Shown piece after piece: positions 62,401 through 64,000 of a stretch of 64,000 bases of DNA (within the stretch, counting starts at the first letter, position 1; each line of letters starts with the position of its first letter). The notes beneath the pieces are model-generated. The model had not been told where the DNA came from. It searched no databases and saw only the letters and a list, made by a program, of their open reading frames with translations. Source of the stretch: Yuukianura sp. NJ FZ-2021 (taxonomy: Eukaryota); assembly GCA_046563655.1 (NCBI GenBank), contig CM102290.1:5208001-5272000 (forward strand), given 5' to 3'. The translations under genes and the position numbers were made by a program.

Positions 62401-63847
62401 TTTTCAAAAATCGGCGACTTTTGAGCGTGAAAATAATGTTTTTAAAAACTTGTCTAAGTAAAAAGTTGCTGATGATGGAAAAATTGAAATGAAGAAAAGC
62501 TTTCTCCGGTTGTTGCAAGGAGAAAGTTTGAGTTTGGAGCCAATTTGCGTGAAAAGAGAAAACAGGTATTACTGAAGTTCCTGACTTTTCACTTTTAGTA
62601 AAGAAAAGTGAAAAGTGAGTGATCCTGTCATTATTGCCAAGGAGGGAGTAACTATTTTCGACTGAAGATGATATGTAAAGTGAAGTTTCCCTTTCAACCA
62701 TGTTAACTTTCTTTTTACTAATCCATTTTTCGTTTACTCTTTAACAGGCTGTTAGCCATATGGAATTCATATCTCCTTTCCTACACGCGCTTCTTTCACT
62801 CAACTGACTTTCAATTCAAAAATTACTCGCTCAAAAAAAGTTCAACAAAGTTTCGTCTCATCTTTTCACTTTACTTTTTTCTTATATTATCAATAAACTT
62901 TTACCGTAAAAGTTCAAGGAAGGGTCGAAGGTCCTTAAGAAATAGAAACTCAAATCCCAGCATTTTGTGAACACTTTTCAACATTGGACAATTTAAACTC
63001 TGCGGTGAATATTTGCGTATTTACGGTAACTCTTACAGTTTTCTACACTTTGGAATTTGTTTAGATTTCTCCTTTTTTCGCTTTTTTTTTGTCAAAAATG
63101 TTTGAGATTTTACTTTGACTTTTTGCTTTTCTAGGGCCTTATGCATTGTTGCTTTTTTCATTTAATAACAGCAAGTTCACTTTTGATCTCACAAGCGGAA
63201 CTGTTTTCACTCAACTTGCTTGTACTGACAGCAACACGCGTCCTCGACGCGAGAAATCTTTTGGAGCACAGCGGACCAATCAGAACGCAGCGGCAGATTT
63301 ATAGTTTGATAAAGTGACTCTGAAAAACTTATTACTTAAACTCTGCTGGACAATTTTGTGTTCCGCCAAAACTATGAGGGGGATGTTGCAAAAAAAGCAT
63401 GAGGAGAAAGTTGCAAAAAACTATGAGGGGGAAGTTGTGAAGAAAGTATAAGAAAACAAAGTTGCAAAAAAATATGAGGGGGAAGTTTCAAAGAAAGCAT
63501 GAGGAGAAAGCTGCAAAAAAATATGAGGGGAAAGTTGCAAAAAATTATGAGGGGGAAGTTGCGAAGAAAGTATAAGGGAGAAAGTTGCAAAAAAATATGA
63601 GGGGAAGCATGAGGAGAAAGTTTCAAGAAGAGTATGAGGGAGAAGTTGCAAAGAAAGATGAGTGGATGAAATGAGCATGTCGTACCTGCACAAATGGGCA
63701 AAACGCACACATAAATTCCGGAAGATCCCATCGCTGAAGAAGAGCTGCTTGGAATTGAAATGGAATTGCGAAGAGTCCGATAATAATGTCTGCCAGGCTT
63801 AAGTTTGCCAGTAAGAAGTTGGTCACGGTTCGCATCCTTCGTGAAAA
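47470..63847 (-). CDS. Lkr: Leucokinin (kinin) receptor-like rhodopsin-class neuropeptide GPCR, 5'-partial (N-terminus/TM1 beyond window)
   Basis: Exons: 63847-63686 (MRTVTNFLLANL...FQFQAALLQRWDLPEFMCAFCPFVQ), 61122-60950 (VLSVNVSVFTLAAIAVDRY), 58633-58458, 58379-58324 (APGNAEDARD), 53185-53162 (VIKMLTVV), 53008-52932 (CWLPLQ), 52434-52344 (YINIIWFCFHWLAMSSSTYNPFVY), 48250-48143 (DKFQREF), 47814-47470. All phases are compatible. Confidence 0.88.
47885..48128. mobile_element. CAAGG MITE copy 5 (fills most of the last Lkr intron)
   Basis: caatgttg...caggttaggcaataactcgaa start and ...gaaccttg end. Flanks ttgaaaaa/gtgaaaat match 6/8. Confidence 0.75.
49359..51695 (-). mobile_element. Full-length DNA transposon (Sola1-like) nested in an Lkr intron
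   Basis: Left TIR atgccgttgagacgaagaagcatctatatcgtt versus reverse complement of the right end gtgccgttgagacgaagaaacggctatatcgtt: 29/33 identical. Flanks AATT / AATC. Encloses a transposase gene. Confidence 0.85.
49554..51537 (-). CDS. DDD transposase (Sola1-like), 4 exons, ~595 aa, uninterrupted frame
   Basis: Exons 51537-51079, 51017-50582, 50514-49808 and 49739-49554, with GT-AG introns of 61, 67 and 68 bp. Motifs DGRGRH, SHYSR, PKLDTCDLCD, GDLQQ, WNE...RGSNEVASCL, WNDRCTGQNNN, GHSYNHCDRDFG. An in-frame upstream ATG exists at 51639. Confidence 0.85.
55040..55368 (-). mobile_element. Helentron-associated (HINE/DINE-1-like) non-autonomous element
   Basis: On the minus strand: ttattaagtagcgaaag followed by the short inverted repeat ctacttt, a GTCT/GTTT microsatellite, and a 3' subTIR ctttcgctactt ~25 bp from the end. 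Confidence 0.65.
56130..56375. repeat. Minisatellite of ~15-20 bp (aaaatgtcgagga(c/a)a)
   Basis: About 8-10 degenerate units visible. Confidence 0.75.
58744..59046. mobile_element. Tc1/mariner-like MITE remnant
   Basis: gtacaccgtggctcaaaa (repeated at 58798) with inverted ttttggaccactgtgtac at ~59029-59046; TA-flanked. Confidence 0.45.
61255..61391 (-). mobile_element. Short HINE-like copy
   Basis: On the minus strand: ttattaagtagagaaagtagtttgctactttatg, then a (GTCT)n tract and ccggaagt...acttccgg palindrome. Confidence 0.55.
61921..62300 (+). mobile_element. HINE-like element with internal hairpin
   Basis: 5' ttattaaatagccaaagtag...ctactttatg, (GTCT)n tract, internal palindrome 62160-62198, 3' subTIR tttcgctactt. 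Confidence 0.65.
63372..63655. repeat. Purine-rich ~22 bp minisatellite (aaaaaatatgagggg(g)aagttgc) in Lkr intron
   Basis: About 12-13 degenerate units, ending ~30 bp from the exon donor at 63685. Confidence 0.85.
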
Positions 63848-64000
63848 CTACAACGAAAAAAAAATTGATGAAAAAGAAATTAGTCTGATGAGATTCGAAC
63901 CCACGACGCAACTCAAATACTCATTTCAACGTTTTCTCCTCAATGAGTTTGAGTTTTGAGCAGAGCGTGGTTTCCGCTCTAAATACTCATCTTTTATTTC

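Noticed and set aside
63372..63911. 179 aa and 95 aa ORFs with LQLSP repeats
   Set aside because: They read through an intronic minisatellite; the true Lkr exon (63847-63686) is in another frame.

Overview
AT-rich eukaryotic genomic DNA with short GT-AG introns, most likely from an arthropod judging by the gene families. No prokaryotic operons, CRISPR arrays or rRNA were found. Seven intron-containing host genes were reconstructed by hand: (1) TMEM8/PGAP6 family (-); (2) an SLC7 L-type amino acid transporter light chain (+) with three apparently duplicated alternative last exons; (3) a small orphan type I membrane protein (-); (4) an Hmx/NK5 homeobox gene (-) in a ~19 kb region with no other recognised gene; (5) a tetraspanin (-); (6) a FAM193-like protein apparently lacking its C-terminal domain (-); (7) a leucokinin (kinin) receptor-like GPCR (-) whose 5' end lies beyond the window. 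One GPCR intron holds an apparently intact 2.3 kb DNA transposon (Sola1-like) with TIRs and a 4-exon, ~595 aa DDD transposase, on the host's strand and in compatible splice phase. Other repeats: five CAAGG...CCTTG MITEs with decayed 8-bp TSDs, Helentron/HINE-like elements, tRNA-like SINE heads, minisatellites, and many AGGTCA direct and inverted repeats. Family assignments rest on recalled motifs; no database search was run.
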